Program-made: the position numbers and the translations under genes
Assembly: GCF_058153355.1 (NCBI RefSeq)
Contig: NZ_CM177019.1
DNA length: 64,000 nt
Strand: one strand, 5' to 3'
Shown here: positions 22,001 to 32,888 of the stretch, one piece after another
Numbering within the stretch: position 1 is the first letter of the stretch
How the letters are laid out: the number at the start of each line of letters is the position of its first letter
Notes under the pieces: model-generated
What the model was told of the DNA's origin: nothing
The model's input: the letters and a program-made list of their open reading frames with translations, nothing else
The model's database searches: none

Positions 22001-22317
22001 TACCGCTTTATCCGCAAGGCCTGGTCGCCAGTATTCGTTTCTGTGTTTATGCTAGTACAAAAGTTTTACATTTTATATGCGAATTGCTCATAAAGTGACG
22101 TAAAGGCGGATAATTTGCGCAACTGCGTATAACATTTTTTACCTTGTATAAAACTGATCAACGTAATTTGCCACCGGGAATTATTCGTCAACAATTAACT
22201 CTGAGCGCGCGGCAACGCTATTCGACTGGTATCAGGCGGATGAAATCCCTATAATTGCCGCGTTTGGCGCTTCGTCGCCCCCTTCCTAACATCCAGGTTA
22301 ATCAGGTCGCTAAATAT

Positions 22318-22959
22318 ATGACTGATCAGTCTCATCAGTGCGTCATTATCGGTATCGCTGGCGCATCGGCTTCCGGCAAGAGTCTTATTGCCAGTACCCT
22401 TTATCGTGAATTACGTGAGCAAGTCGGTGATGAACACATCGGCGTAATTCCCGAAGACTGCTATTACAAAGATCAAAGCCATCTGTCGATGGAAGAACGC
22501 GTTAAGACCAACTACGACCATCCCAGCGCGATGGATCACAGCCTGCTGCTTGAGCATTTACAAGCATTGAAACGCGGCTCGGCAATTGACCTGCCGGTTT
22601 ACAGCTATGTTGAACATACGCGAATGAAAGAAACGGTGACGGTTGAGCCGAAGAAAGTCATCATTCTCGAAGGCATTTTGCTGCTGACGGATGCGCGTTT
22701 GCGTGACGAACTTAACTTCTCAATTTTCGTTGATACCCCGCTGGATATCTGCCTGATGCGCCGCATCAAGCGTGATGTTAACGAGCGTGGGCGTTCAATG
22801 GATTCAGTGATGGCGCAATATCAAAAAACTGTGCGCCCGATGTTCCTGCAATTCATTGAGCCTTCTAAACAATATGCGGACATTATCGTGCCGCGCGGCG
22901 GGAAAAACCGCATTGCGATCGATATATTGAAAGCGAAAATAAGTCAGTTCTTTGAATAA
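22318..22959 (+). CDS. udk: Uridine/cytidine kinase
   Basis: Start at the internal ATG ([22 protein letters not shown], Walker A), giving 213 aa; the ORF-track form has a 21-codon upstream extension. Confidence 0.93.
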
Positions 22960-23050
22960 GCTTGATAAATTGTGTACCGTTCAGTGATAACCTGGTATGC
23001 CCTTGACGTAATTGGCGTTAAGGGAGTGATGCGCGAAAGGAGAAAATGCC

Positions 23051-23632
23051 ATGCGTCTGTGTGACCGAGATATTGAAGCCTGGCTTGATGAAGGCCGTTT
23101 GTCGATCAACCCACGTCCGCCAGTGGAGCGTATTAACGGCGCGACGGTGGATGTACGCCTGGGCAATAAATTTCGTACCTTCCGTGGTCACACGGCAGCG
23201 TTTATCGATCTGAGCGGTCCCAAAGATGAAGTGAGCGCCGCGCTTGACCGCGTGATGAGCGATGAGATCGTTCTCGACGAGGGCGAGGCGTTCTATCTTC
23301 ACCCAGGAGAGCTGGCGCTGGCGGTGACGCTGGAGTCGGTGACGCTGCCAGCCGATCTGGTGGGCTGGCTGGACGGGCGTTCCTCTTTGGCGCGTCTGGG
23401 GCTGATGGTGCACGTCACCGCGCACCGCATCGATCCGGGCTGGTCTGGCTGCATTGTGCTGGAGTTCTACAACTCCGGTAAGCTGCCGCTGGCGCTGCGT
23501 CCGGGCATGTTAATTGGTGCGCTGAGCTTTGAGCCGCTTTCCGGCCCGGCGGCGCGACCTTACAACCGCCGTGAAGATGCGAAATATCGCAACCAGCAGG
23601 GCGCGGTAGCCAGCCGAATCGATAAAGACTAA
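23051..23632 (+). CDS. dcd: dCTP deaminase
   Basis: 193-aa [24 protein letters not shown]..., dUTPase-fold family; directly downstream of udk. Confidence 0.94.
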
Positions 23633-23653
23633 TTCAGGCCCATTGAGGATACC

Positions 23654-25507
23654 ATGAGACGATTTCTGACGACGCTGATGATACTCCTGGTCGTGCTGGT
23701 GGCCGGATTATCTGCGTTAGTGTTGCTGGTGAATCCGAATGATTTCCGCGACTATATGGTCAAGCAAGTTGCTGCACGTAGCGGTTATCAATTGCAGCTC
23801 GACGGGCCACTGCGTTGGCACGTCTGGCCGCAGCTTAGTATCCTCTCCGGGCGAATGTCTCTCACCGCCCAGGGCGCGACCCAGCCACTGGTTCGCGCCG
23901 ACAACATGCGCCTGGACGTGGCGCTTTTACCACTACTGAGTCATCAACTGAGCGTTAAGCAGGTGATGCTAAAAGGGGCAGTGATCCAACTGACGCCGCA
24001 GACGGAAGCGGTGCGCAGTGAAGACGCTCCGGTTGCACCTCGCGACAATACCTTGCCGGATCTGTCAGACGATCGCGGATGGTCGTTTGATATATCCAGT
24101 CTTAAGGTGGCGGACAGCGTTCTGGTGTTCCAGCATGAAGATGACGAGCAGGTGACAATCCGCAATATCCGCCTGCAAATGGAACAAGATCCCCAACATC
24201 GTGGCTCATTTGAGTTCTCCGGGCGGGTTAATCGCGATCAGCGCGATCTCACGATATCCCTTAACGGTACGGTAGATGCTTCTGATTATCCGCATGATTT
24301 AACGGCGGCTATTGAACAAATTAACTGGCAGTTGCAGGGTGCAGATTTACCAAAACAAGGTATTCAGGGGCAGGGGAGTTTCCAGGCCCAGTGGCAGGAG
24401 TCACATAAACGCCTTTCATTTAACCAAATTAGTTTGACCGCCAATGACAGTACGCTGAGCGGGCAAGCACAGGTTACGCTGACAGAGAAACCGGAATGGC
24501 AGCTGAGGCTGCAATTCCCGCAACTGAATCTTGACAACCTCATCCCGCTTAATGAAACCGCGAATGGTGAAAACGGTGCCGCGCAGCAGGGGCAGAGCCA
24601 ATCAACGTTGCCGCGCCCGGTTATTTCTTCGCGTATTGATGAACCGGCCTATCAGGGACTGCAAGGCTTTACGGCTGATATTTTGTTGCAGGCCAGTAAC
24701 GTGCGCTGGCGCGGAATGAATTTTACAGATGTTGCCACGCAAATGACCAACAAGTCGGGTCTGCTGGAAATTACTCAACTACAGGGCAAGCTTAACGGTG
24801 GACAGGTTTCACTGCCGGGCACGCTGGACGCGACATCAATAAATCCGCGGATAAACTTCCAGCCACGGCTGGAAAACGTTGAGATTGGTACCATTCTGAA
24901 GGCGTTTAACTATCCGATTTCGTTGACCGGAAAAATGTCACTGGCTGGTGATTTCTCCGGTGCTGACATAGATGCCGACGCATTCCGCCACAACTGGCAA
25001 GGACAGGCACATGTCGAAATGACCGACACGCGCATGGAAGGGATGAACTTCCAGCAGATGATTCAGCAAGCGGTAGAACGTAATGGTGGTGATGTGAAGG
25101 CCGCTGAAAACTTCGATAACGTAACGCGTCTTGACCGCTTTACCACCGATTTGACGTTGAAGGATGGCGTCGTGACGTTAAACGACATGCAAGGTCAATC
25201 GCCTGTGCTGGCGCTTACAGGGGAAGGCATGTTGAATCTGGCAGATCAAACCTGCGACACCCAGTTTGATATTCGGGTCGTGGGTGGCTGGAACGGGGAA
25301 AGCAAACTGATTGATTTCCTCAAAGAAACGCCAGTACCGCTGCGGGTTTATGGCAACTGGCAGCAACTCAATTACAGTCTGCAAGTGGATCAGTTACTGC
25401 GCAAACATCTACAGGACGAAGCGAAACGTCGCCTGAATGACTGGGCCGAGCGGAATAAAGATTCCCGCAATGGCAAAGATGTGAAGAAGTTGCTGGAGAA
25501 GATGTAG
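23654..25507 (+). CDS. asmA: Outer-membrane assembly protein AsmA
   Basis: 617-aa ORF with an N-terminal membrane anchor (MRRFLTTLMILLVVLVAGLSALVLLV) followed by a long Gln/Asn-rich soluble region typical of the AsmA family. Confidence 0.9.
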   Translation: MRRFLTTLMILLVVLVAGLSALVLLVNPNDFRDYMVKQVAARSGYQLQLDGPLRWHVWPQLSILSGRMSLTAQGATQPLVRADNMRLDVALLPLLSHQLSVKQVMLKGAVIQLTPQTEAVRSEDAPVAPRDNTLPDLSDDRGWSFDISSLKVADSVLVFQHEDDEQVTIRNIRLQMEQDPQHRGSFEFSGRVNRDQRDLTISLNGTVDASDYPHDLTAAIEQINWQLQGADLPKQGIQGQGSFQAQWQESHKRLSFNQISLTANDSTLSGQAQVTLTEKPEWQLRLQFPQLNLDNLIPLNETANGENGAAQQGQSQSTLPRPVISSRIDEPAYQGLQGFTADILLQASNVRWRGMNFTDVATQMTNKSGLLEITQLQGKLNGGQVSLPGTLDATSINPRINFQPRLENVEIGTILKAFNYPISLTGKMSLAGDFSGADIDADAFRHNWQGQAHVEMTDTRMEGMNFQQMIQQAVERNGGDVKAAENFDNVTRLDRFTTDLTLKDGVVTLNDMQGQSPVLALTGEGMLNLADQTCDTQFDIRVVGGWNGESKLIDFLKETPVPLRVYGNWQQLNYSLQVDQLLRKHLQDEAKRRLNDWAERNKDSRNGKDVKKLLEKM

Positions 25508-25523
25508 GTTACCAGGTGACCTG

Positions 25524-25566
25524 TCCTGTAGGCCTGATAAGACGCGTAAAGCGTCGCATCAGGCGT
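25524..25566. repeat. REP element after asmA
   Basis: GTAGGCCTGATAAGACGCGTAAAGCGTCGCATCAGGCG REP-type palindrome. Confidence 0.65.
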
Positions 25567-25958
25567 TCGCGGCGGCACCATTATATTCTGAATATGTAAG
25601 ATCGAAGGCTGTTCCGTTCACTTGATGTTCCTCGCTACTATGGAACGCTCAAGCCGGTGAACGTGCCAGGGTGGCTCAATCGCCACCACCCTGGCAACCC
25701 GGGCTCCCGGCGGTAAATCGCCGCTGGCGCGGTTCCCTCATCTTATTCCTTTCGGCTATCGGGTACGGGCGCGAGGTAACATCCCTGTAAAACGCGCCCT
25801 CAGCCCACATCCATGTGGGCTGCCCCGGCCTACAGGAAACGATTCGGCGATTTACAGCCGGACCCACACCCCCGCTGTAATGTCCATGTACCACAGACAA
25901 CGCTTCATTGCTGAAGTTATAAGGCGTCACGCAGCATCGGGTAAAATGACCGATACCA

Positions 25959-27542
25959 TCACACCTCGTACTCCATCTCGCCATCCTTACGCAGCGGTAT
26001 AATCTGCACCTTCTGCACGCGATGGCTTTCCACCTGCAACGTTTTAAGCAAATAATCCCCCACCTGAACTTCTTCGCCAGGTTTTGGAATACGCTGTAAA
26101 TATTCCATCAACAGCCCGGCAATGGTGTGATATTCACGTTTTTCATCCAGCGGCAGCGGCACATATTGCACCAGATCTTCCAGCGGCATATGACCATTCG
26201 CCGTCCAGGAACCGTCCGCATTCTTCTGAATATCATGGCGGGCGTCGATCTCTTCCACTTCGTTCGGTAAGTTACCGGCAATGGTTTCAGTGACGTCACT
26301 TAATGTCACAATCCCTTCCACCGAGCCAAACTCATCCACCACAAAAGCAAAGTGTGTGCGGGCATTACGGAACTGCTCCAGGGCAGGTAACAACGGCAAG
26401 GTTTCCGGGAACACCAGCGGCTGGCGAATCAACACCCGCAGGTTGAGCGGTTCGCCACGCAGTGACTGTTGTAGCAGGTCGATAACGTGAACAACACCGA
26501 GCAAATCTTCTGCGTCATCACCGTCGGTAACCACCAGCCGCGTATGCTGATTTCGCTCCAGCAACTGGCGGATCTCGTCTTCCGGCGCGTTGAGATCGAT
26601 ATGCTCAATATCGTGGCGCGACGTCATAATGCTGCTGACAGTACGCTGGTTAAGATTAAGTACCCGCTCAATCATCCGCCGTTCCTGCGGATTAAAGATC
26701 TGCTGGTTACCATGATCCACCAGCATGGACGCGGTTTCGGCGTCCAGTTCCGCATCTTCTTTTTGCCCGCTAAGCAGGCGCATTACCGCTTCGGTAGTCC
26801 GCTGGCGTAGCGTCTGGTTAGCGGAAAGAAAACGTCGCCGGTTAAAGATAGCCAACTGATTGAGCGCCTCGATCATCACCGAGAAACCAATGGCAGCGTA
26901 CAGGTAGCCTTTCGGAATGATGAAGCCGAAACCTTCTGCCACCAGGCTAAAGCCAATCATCAACAGGAAGCTTAAGCAGAGAATAACGATGGTCGGGTGA
27001 CTGTTAACAAATTGCGTTAACGGCTTGCTGGCCATCAACATCAGGCTGATAGCGATAACCACGGCGGCCATCATGACCAGTAAATGGTCGACCATCCCGA
27101 CGGCGGTAATCACTGAGTCGAGTGAGAAGATGGCGTCCAGTACCACAATTTGTGTCACCACCCCCCAGAACTTCGCACCTTTGCGTTGTGTGGGATTATT
27201 GCTGTCTTTCCCTTCCAGCCGTTCGTTCAGCTCCATCGTGGCTTTGAACAACAGGAAGAAACCACCAAACAGCATGATTAAGTCGCGGGCGCTAAAGGTA
27301 AACGAGCGGAAGCTGAACAGCGGTTGCGTCAGGGTGACCAGCCAGGAGATTGACGCCAGCAGTAACAGGCGCATTAACATCGCCAGCAACAGCCCGGTAA
27401 CCCGTGCGCGGTCGCGCTGCTTCGGCGGTAGTTTTTCGGCGAGGATGGCAATAAAGACCAGGTTATCAATGCCGAGGACCAGTTCGATCACAATCAGCGT
27501 GATTAACCCGGCCCAGATAGACGGATCGGCAATCCATTCCAT
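25959..27542 (-). CDS. yegH: Inner-membrane TerC-like / CBS-domain / CorC-HlyC protein YegH (UPF0053 family)
   Basis: Start at the internal ATG 27540-27542 ([34 protein letters not shown], the TerC-type GIDN motif), giving 527 aa; hydrophobic N-terminal half, soluble C-terminal half. Confidence 0.85.
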   Translation of the reverse strand: MEWIADPSIWAGLITLIVIELVLGIDNLVFIAILAEKLPPKQRDRARVTGLLLAMLMRLLLLASISWLVTLTQPLFSFRSFTFSARDLIMLFGGFFLLFKATMELNERLEGKDSNNPTQRKGAKFWGVVTQIVVLDAIFSLDSVITAVGMVDHLLVMMAAVVIAISLMLMASKPLTQFVNSHPTIVILCLSFLLMIGFSLVAEGFGFIIPKGYLYAAIGFSVMIEALNQLAIFNRRRFLSANQTLRQRTTEAVMRLLSGQKEDAELDAETASMLVDHGNQQIFNPQERRMIERVLNLNQRTVSSIMTSRHDIEHIDLNAPEDEIRQLLERNQHTRLVVTDGDDAEDLLGVVHVIDLLQQSLRGEPLNLRVLIRQPLVFPETLPLLPALEQFRNARTHFAFVVDEFGSVEGIVTLSDVTETIAGNLPNEVEEIDARHDIQKNADGSWTANGHMPLEDLVQYVPLPLDEKREYHTIAGLLMEYLQRIPKPGEEVQVGDYLLKTLQVESHRVQKVQIIPLRKDGEMEYEV

Positions 27543-27983
27543 AGTAAGTACAAAACCTATTCGTTGTATGACAAATGTCACAATTCGATCATGGATAAAT
27601 CGGGGCAAAAATGCAATGTTGCAGCACTATTTATCTCATATTATTTGAGGGTAATAACCTCACATTATCCCTGAATTAAAAGTGGTAATAATAAAACATT
27701 ATTTAAGAAATATCGCATGTGGAGGCGCAATATTAAATATTGTCAACCTAAAGAAACTCCTAAAAACCATATTGAATGACACTTAATATAATTCTTAAAA
27801 ATAGCCAATTGCCGAATTGTTACCTTGCCTGCTATTCCGTTAGCTGTAACACTTCCTCCTGCATTATTGGAGAGCCAATATTCAATTACCATAATGTCAC
27901 CTTATATTCGGAAGTTAATTTCCGCAATAACCCTTGCTCATCAACGATTGTATGCAGAGAGGGTTTGAAAAATTAAGCTAAAT

Positions 27984-28022
27984 CAGTGTGTTGGTAGCTA
28001 AAAAGCCAGGGGCGGTAGCGTG
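27984..28022 (+). promoter_or_regulatory. JUMPstart element with ops motif (GGCGGTAGCGTG) in the wza leader
   Basis: CAGTGTGTTGGTAGCTAAAAAGCCAGGGGCGGTAGCGTG, ~180 bp upstream of wza; ops sites recruit RfaH for antitermination of long polysaccharide operons. Confidence 0.78.
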
Positions 28023-28200
28023 TCTGGATGCCTGAAAGACCAGTCTGAATTATTCTGTCAATAGCCTGCGGATGAAATCAATTTTTTTAGGACTGATGCC
28101 AGTTAAATTTTTATTCAATTAACTGCAAGGTAAATGTGCATGGCGACATTGCTATTAATAGTGCACAGGATAATTACTCTGCCAAAGTGATAAATAAACA

Positions 28201-29340
28201 ATGATGAAATCCAAAATGAAATTGATGCCATTATTGGTGTCAGTAACCTTGATAAGCGGTTGCACAGTACTTCCGGGCAGCAATATGTCGACGATGGGGA
28301 AAGACGTCATCAAACAGCAGGACGCTGATTTCGATCTCGACAAAATGGTGAATGTTTATCCGCTGACCCCGCGCCTGATTGACCAATTACGCCCACGTCC
28401 GAATGTAGCGCGCCCTAATATGACGCTGGAAAGTGAGATCGCGAATTACCAGTATCGCGTCGGGCCGGGGGACGTTCTTAATGTCACCGTCTGGGATCAC
28501 CCGGAACTCACCACGCCAGCCGGTCAGTACCGCAGCTCCAGCGACACCGGCAACTGGGTACAGCCTGACGGCACCATGTTCTACCCGTATATCGGCAAGG
28601 TCCACGTCGTGGGGAAAACGCTCGCTGAAATCCGCAGTGATATTACCGGGCGCTTAGCGACGTACATCGCTGACCCGCAGGTGGACGTTAATATCGCCGC
28701 CTTCCGCTCGCAAAAAGCCTATATCTCCGGCCAGGTGAATAAATCCGGTCAACAGGCGATTACCAACGTACCACTGACCATTCTCGATGCCATCAACGCC
28801 GCAGGTGGCCTGACCGACACCGCTGACTGGCGCAACGTGGTGCTAACACACAATGGTCGTGAAGAGCGCATTTCTTTGCAGGCGCTGATGCAAAACGGCG
28901 ACCTCAACCAGAATCGCCTGCTTTACCCCGGCGATATTCTCTACGTGCCACGTAATGATGATCTGAAAGTATTTGTGATGGGTGAAGTGAAGAAACAGAG
29001 CACCCTGAAAATGGACTTTAGCGGCATGACCCTGACTGAAGCTCTGGGCAATGCCGAAGGTATCGACATGACCACCTCCAACGCCAGCGGCATCTTTGTC
29101 ATTCGTCCGCTGAAAGGCGAGGGCGGGCGTAACGGCAAGATTGCCAATATCTACCAGCTGGATATGTCCGATGCCACGTCGCTGGTGATGGCGACAGAAT
29201 TCCGCCTGCAACCTTATGACGTGGTGTATGTCACCACCGCCCCGGTTTCCCGCTGGAACCGTCTGATCAATCAGTTGCTGCCAACTATTAGCGGTGTCCG
29301 TTACATGACGGATACAGCCAGCGACATTCATAACTGGTAA
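28201..29340 (+). CDS. wza: Outer-membrane polysaccharide export lipoprotein Wza
   Basis: 379-aa ORF; lipoprotein signal with lipobox LISGC; first gene of the colanic acid operon. Confidence 0.95.
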   Translation: MMKSKMKLMPLLVSVTLISGCTVLPGSNMSTMGKDVIKQQDADFDLDKMVNVYPLTPRLIDQLRPRPNVARPNMTLESEIANYQYRVGPGDVLNVTVWDHPELTTPAGQYRSSSDTGNWVQPDGTMFYPYIGKVHVVGKTLAEIRSDITGRLATYIADPQVDVNIAAFRSQKAYISGQVNKSGQQAITNVPLTILDAINAAGGLTDTADWRNVVLTHNGREERISLQALMQNGDLNQNRLLYPGDILYVPRNDDLKVFVMGEVKKQSTLKMDFSGMTLTEALGNAEGIDMTTSNASGIFVIRPLKGEGGRNGKIANIYQLDMSDATSLVMATEFRLQPYDVVYVTTAPVSRWNRLINQLLPTISGVRYMTDTASDIHNW

Positions 29341-29345
29341 TCGTC

Positions 29346-29789
29346 ATGTTTAACAACATCTTAGTTGTCTGTGTCGGCAATATTTGCCGTTCCCCGACGG
29401 CGGAACGCTTACTGCAACGTTATCACCCGGAGCTGAAAGTGGAGTCCGCTGGACTCGGCGCGCTGGTCGGTAAGGGCGCTGATCCTACCGCTATCAGCGT
29501 CGCCGCAGAACATCAACTGTCTCTGGAAGGTCACTGTGCCCGTCAAATCAGCCGCCGTCTGTGTCGCAACTACGACCTGATTTTGACCATGGAAAAGCGC
29601 CATATCGAACGCTTATGCGAGATGGCACCCGAGATGCGCGGCAAAGTGATGCTGTTTGGTCACTGGGATAACGAATGTGAAATCCCCGATCCGTATCGCA
29701 AAAGCCGGGAAACGTTTGCAGCGGTGTACACATTACTTGAACGGTCTGCCCGCCAGTGGGCGCAGGCATTGAACGCAGAGCAGGTATAA
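29346..29789 (+). CDS. wzb: Low-molecular-weight protein-tyrosine phosphatase Wzb
   Basis: 147-aa ORF with the LMW-PTP P-loop CVGNICRSP (C-X5-R) at the N-terminus. Confidence 0.93.
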   Translation: MFNNILVVCVGNICRSPTAERLLQRYHPELKVESAGLGALVGKGADPTAISVAAEHQLSLEGHCARQISRRLCRNYDLILTMEKRHIERLCEMAPEMRGKVMLFGHWDNECEIPDPYRKSRETFAAVYTLLERSARQWAQALNAEQV

Positions 29790-29791
29790 GA

Positions 29792-31954
29792 ATGACAGAA
29801 AAAGTAAAACAACATGCCGCTCCGGTAACGGGCAGTGATGAAATCGATATTGGTCGCCTGGTCGGCACCGTCATTGAAGCGCGCTGGTGGGTGATTGGCA
29901 TCACCGCTGTATTTGCCCTCTGTGCCGTGGTTTACACCTTCTTCGCCACGCCGATTTATAGTGCCGACGCACTGGTACAAATCGAGCAAAACAGCGGCAA
30001 TTCGTTAGTGCAGGATATCGGATCGGCGTTAGCCAACAAACCGCCTGCATCGGACGCCGAGATCCAGTTGATTCGTTCGCGTCTGGTGCTTGGTAAAACG
30101 GTGGACGATCTCGACCTCGATATTGCAGTGAGCAAAAACACGTTCCCGATTTTCGGTGCGGGCTGGGATCGCCTGATGGGACGTCAGAACGAGACGGTGA
30201 AAGTGACCACCTTTAACCGCCCGAAAGAGATGGCGGATCAGGTGTTTACGCTTAATGTGCTGGACGATAAAAACTACACCCTGAGCAGCGACGGCGGCTT
30301 TAGCGCCCGTGGGCAAGCGGGCCAGATGCTGAAAAAAGAAGGCGTCACGCTGATGGTTGAAGCCATTCACGCCCGCCCGGGCAGTGAGTTTACCGTCACC
30401 AAATACTCCACGTTGGGGATGATCAACCAACTGCAAAACAGCCTGACGGTAACGGAGAACGGCAAAGACGCAGGCGTACTGAGCCTGACTTATACCGGTG
30501 AAGATCGCGAACAGATCCGCGACATTCTTAACAGCATCGCCCGTAACTATCAGGAACAAAATATTGAGCGCAAATCGGCGGAAGCGTCGAAAAGCCTCGC
30601 TTTCCTCGCGCAACAGTTACCGGAAGTACGTAGCCGCCTCGATGTTGCCGAAAACAAACTGAATGCCTTCCGTCAGGATAAAGATTCTGTTGATCTGCCG
30701 CTGGAAGCGAAAGCGGTGCTCGATTCGATGGTGAACATCGACGCGCAGTTGAACGAACTGACCTTTAAAGAGGCGGAAATCTCCAAGCTGTACACCAAAG
30801 TTCACCCGGCGTACCGCACGCTGCTGGAGAAACGTCAGGCGCTGGAAGAAGAGAAAGCCAAACTTAACGGTCGCGTAACGGCGATGCCGAAAACCCAGCA
30901 GGAGATTGTGCGCCTGACCCGCGATGTCGAGTCTGGTCAGCAGGTCTATATGCAACTGCTGAATAAAGAGCAGGAGCTGAAAATCACCGAAGCCAGCACC
31001 GTCGGCGATGTGCGCATTGTTGACCCGGCAATCACCCAGCCTGGCGTGCTGAAACCGAAGAAAGGGCTGATTATCCTCGGCGCGATTATCCTTGGCCTGA
31101 TGCTTTCTATCGTGGGTGTGCTGCTGCGCTCGTTGTTTAATCGCGGCATCGAAAGCCCGCAGGTGCTGGAAGAACACGGTATCAGCGTCTATGCCAGCAT
31201 CCCGCTGTCGGAATGGCAGAAAGCGCGCGATAGCGTCAAAACCATCAAAGGGATTAAACGCTATAAACAGAGCCAGCTACTGGCGATGGGGAATCCAACC
31301 GATCTGGCGATTGAAGCCATCCGCAGTCTGCGTACCAGTTTGCACTTCGCGATGATGCAGGCACAGAACAATGTGTTGATGATGACCGGGGTTAGCCCGT
31401 CAATCGGTAAAACCTTTGTCTGCGCCAACCTGGCGGCGGTGATCAGCCAGACCAATAAACGGGTGTTGTTGATCGACTGCGATATGCGCAAAGGCTACAC
31501 CCACGAGCTGCTGGGCACTAATAACGTTAATGGCCTGTCGGAAATTCTGATTGGTCAGGGCGATATTACTACCGCTGCTAAACCGACCTCTATTGCCAAA
31601 TTTGACCTGATCCCGCGCGGTCAGGTGCCGCCAAATCCTTCTGAACTGTTGATGAGCGAACGCTTTGCCGAACTGGTGAACTGGGCGAGTAAAAACTATG
31701 ACCTGGTGTTGATTGATACGCCGCCGATTCTGGCAGTGACCGATGCGGCAATTGTTGGTCGTCATGTTGGAACCACGTTAATGGTGGCGCGTTATGCGGT
31801 CAACACATTGAAAGAAGTGGAAACCAGTCTGAGCCGCTTTGAGCAAAACGGTATTCCGGTGAAAGGGGTGATTCTGAACTCCATCTTCCGCCGCGCCAGC
31901 GCGTATCAGGATTATGGCTATTACGAATACGAATATAAGTCGGATGCGAAATAA
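29792..31954 (+). CDS. wzc: Tyrosine autokinase / polysaccharide co-polymerase Wzc
   Basis: Start at the internal ATG (MTEKVKQHAAPVTG...), giving 720 aa; Walker A GVSPSIGKT; Tyr-rich C-terminal tail YQDYGYYEYEYKSDAK. Confidence 0.93.
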   Translation: MTEKVKQHAAPVTGSDEIDIGRLVGTVIEARWWVIGITAVFALCAVVYTFFATPIYSADALVQIEQNSGNSLVQDIGSALANKPPASDAEIQLIRSRLVLGKTVDDLDLDIAVSKNTFPIFGAGWDRLMGRQNETVKVTTFNRPKEMADQVFTLNVLDDKNYTLSSDGGFSARGQAGQMLKKEGVTLMVEAIHARPGSEFTVTKYSTLGMINQLQNSLTVTENGKDAGVLSLTYTGEDREQIRDILNSIARNYQEQNIERKSAEASKSLAFLAQQLPEVRSRLDVAENKLNAFRQDKDSVDLPLEAKAVLDSMVNIDAQLNELTFKEAEISKLYTKVHPAYRTLLEKRQALEEEKAKLNGRVTAMPKTQQEIVRLTRDVESGQQVYMQLLNKEQELKITEASTVGDVRIVDPAITQPGVLKPKKGLIILGAIILGLMLSIVGVLLRSLFNRGIESPQVLEEHGISVYASIPLSEWQKARDSVKTIKGIKRYKQSQLLAMGNPTDLAIEAIRSLRTSLHFAMMQAQNNVLMMTGVSPSIGKTFVCANLAAVISQTNKRVLLIDCDMRKGYTHELLGTNNVNGLSEILIGQGDITTAAKPTSIAKFDLIPRGQVPPNPSELLMSERFAELVNWASKNYDLVLIDTPPILAVTDAAIVGRHVGTTLMVARYAVNTLKEVETSLSRFEQNGIPVKGVILNSIFRRASAYQDYGYYEYEYKSDAK

Positions 31955-31969
31955 TGACGCCTGCATTCG

Positions 31970-32012
31970 CACCGCCCCGTAGGCCGGATAAGGCGCTCAC
32001 GCCGCATCCGGC
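31970..32012. repeat. REP element between wzc and wcaA
   Basis: GTAGGCCGGATAAGGCGCTCACGCCGCATCCGGCA REP-type palindrome. Confidence 0.6.
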
Positions 32013-32046
32013 AAGCAAACCAGCTCATAAGCCGGGAGAACAACCT

Positions 32047-32886
32047 ATGAAAGACAATCCGCTGATCTCAATCTATATGCCGACCTGGAACCGCCAACAA
32101 CTGGCGATTCGGGCGATACAATCGGTCTTGCGCCAGGACTACAGCAACTGGGAGATGATCATCGTGGATGATTGCTCCACCTCCTGGGAACAGCTTCAGC
32201 AGTACGTCACCGCCCTCAACGATCCGCGTATTACCTACATTCACAACGACATTAACAGCGGGGCGTGCGCGGTACGTAACCAGGCGATTATGCTGGCGCA
32301 AGGGGAATACATCACCGGGATCGATGATGATGATGAATGGACGCCCAACCGCCTGAGCGTCTTCCTCGCCCATAAACAGCAACTGGTCACCCACGCCTTT
32401 TTGTACGCTAACGACTACGTTTGTCAGGGCGAAGTCTATTCCCAACCGGCAAGTTTGCCGCTGTATCCCAAATCGCCGTATTCACGCCGCCTGTTCTACA
32501 AACGCAATATCATTGGCAATCAGGTCTTTACCTGGGCGTGGCGTTTCAAAGAGTGTTTGTTCGATACCGAACTGAAAGCGGCACAGGATTACGACATCTT
32601 CCTGCGGATGGTGGTGGAGTATGGCGAACCGTGGAAAGTGGAAGAAGCGACGCAGATCCTGCATATCAATCACGGTGAAATGCAGATCACCTCGTCACCG
32701 AAAAAATTCTCCGGATACTTCCACTTTTACCGCAAGCACAAAGACAAATTCGACCGGGCCAGCAAAAAATATCAGCTGTTTACCCTCTACCAGATCCGCA
32801 ATAAACGTATGACCTGGCGCACTTTGCTGACGCTGCTGTCGGTGCGTAACGGCAAACGTCTGGCTGATGGTATTCGGGGGCGCTAA
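32047..32886 (+). CDS. wcaA: Colanic acid glycosyltransferase WcaA (GT2)
   Basis: Start at the internal ATG (MKDNPLISIYMPTWNRQQ...), giving 279 aa; GT2 features (IIVDDCST, DDDDEW). The upstream ORF-track extension runs through the REP element. Confidence 0.88.
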   Translation: MKDNPLISIYMPTWNRQQLAIRAIQSVLRQDYSNWEMIIVDDCSTSWEQLQQYVTALNDPRITYIHNDINSGACAVRNQAIMLAQGEYITGIDDDDEWTPNRLSVFLAHKQQLVTHAFLYANDYVCQGEVYSQPASLPLYPKSPYSRRLFYKRNIIGNQVFTWAWRFKECLFDTELKAAQDYDIFLRMVVEYGEPWKVEEATQILHINHGEMQITSSPKKFSGYFHFYRKHKDKFDRASKKYQLFTLYQIRNKRMTWRTLLTLLSVRNGKRLADGIRGR

Positions 32887-32888
32887 AG

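Noticed and set aside
22255-22317. 21-codon N-terminal extension of udk
   Set aside because: The internal ATG is directly followed by the Walker A region and gives the expected 213-aa kinase; the extension is Arg/Pro-rich and unlike a kinase N-terminus.
25676-25984. 102-aa minus-strand ORF between asmA and yegH
   Set aside because: No start context or family motifs; it is more likely a by-product of GC-rich non-coding sequence. The underlying region is kept as a finding because it is unexplained.
29756-29791. Twelve-codon N-terminal extension of wzc overlapping the wzb stop
   Set aside because: The ATG at 29792 yields the expected 720-aa Wzc starting MTEKVKQ; the extension would overlap wzb by 34 bp.
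30029-31177. Two long minus-strand ORFs (194 aa and 186 aa) inside wzc
   Set aside because: Antisense to a gene with unambiguous Walker A and Tyr-cluster motifs; long antisense ORFs are common in GC-rich coding sequence.
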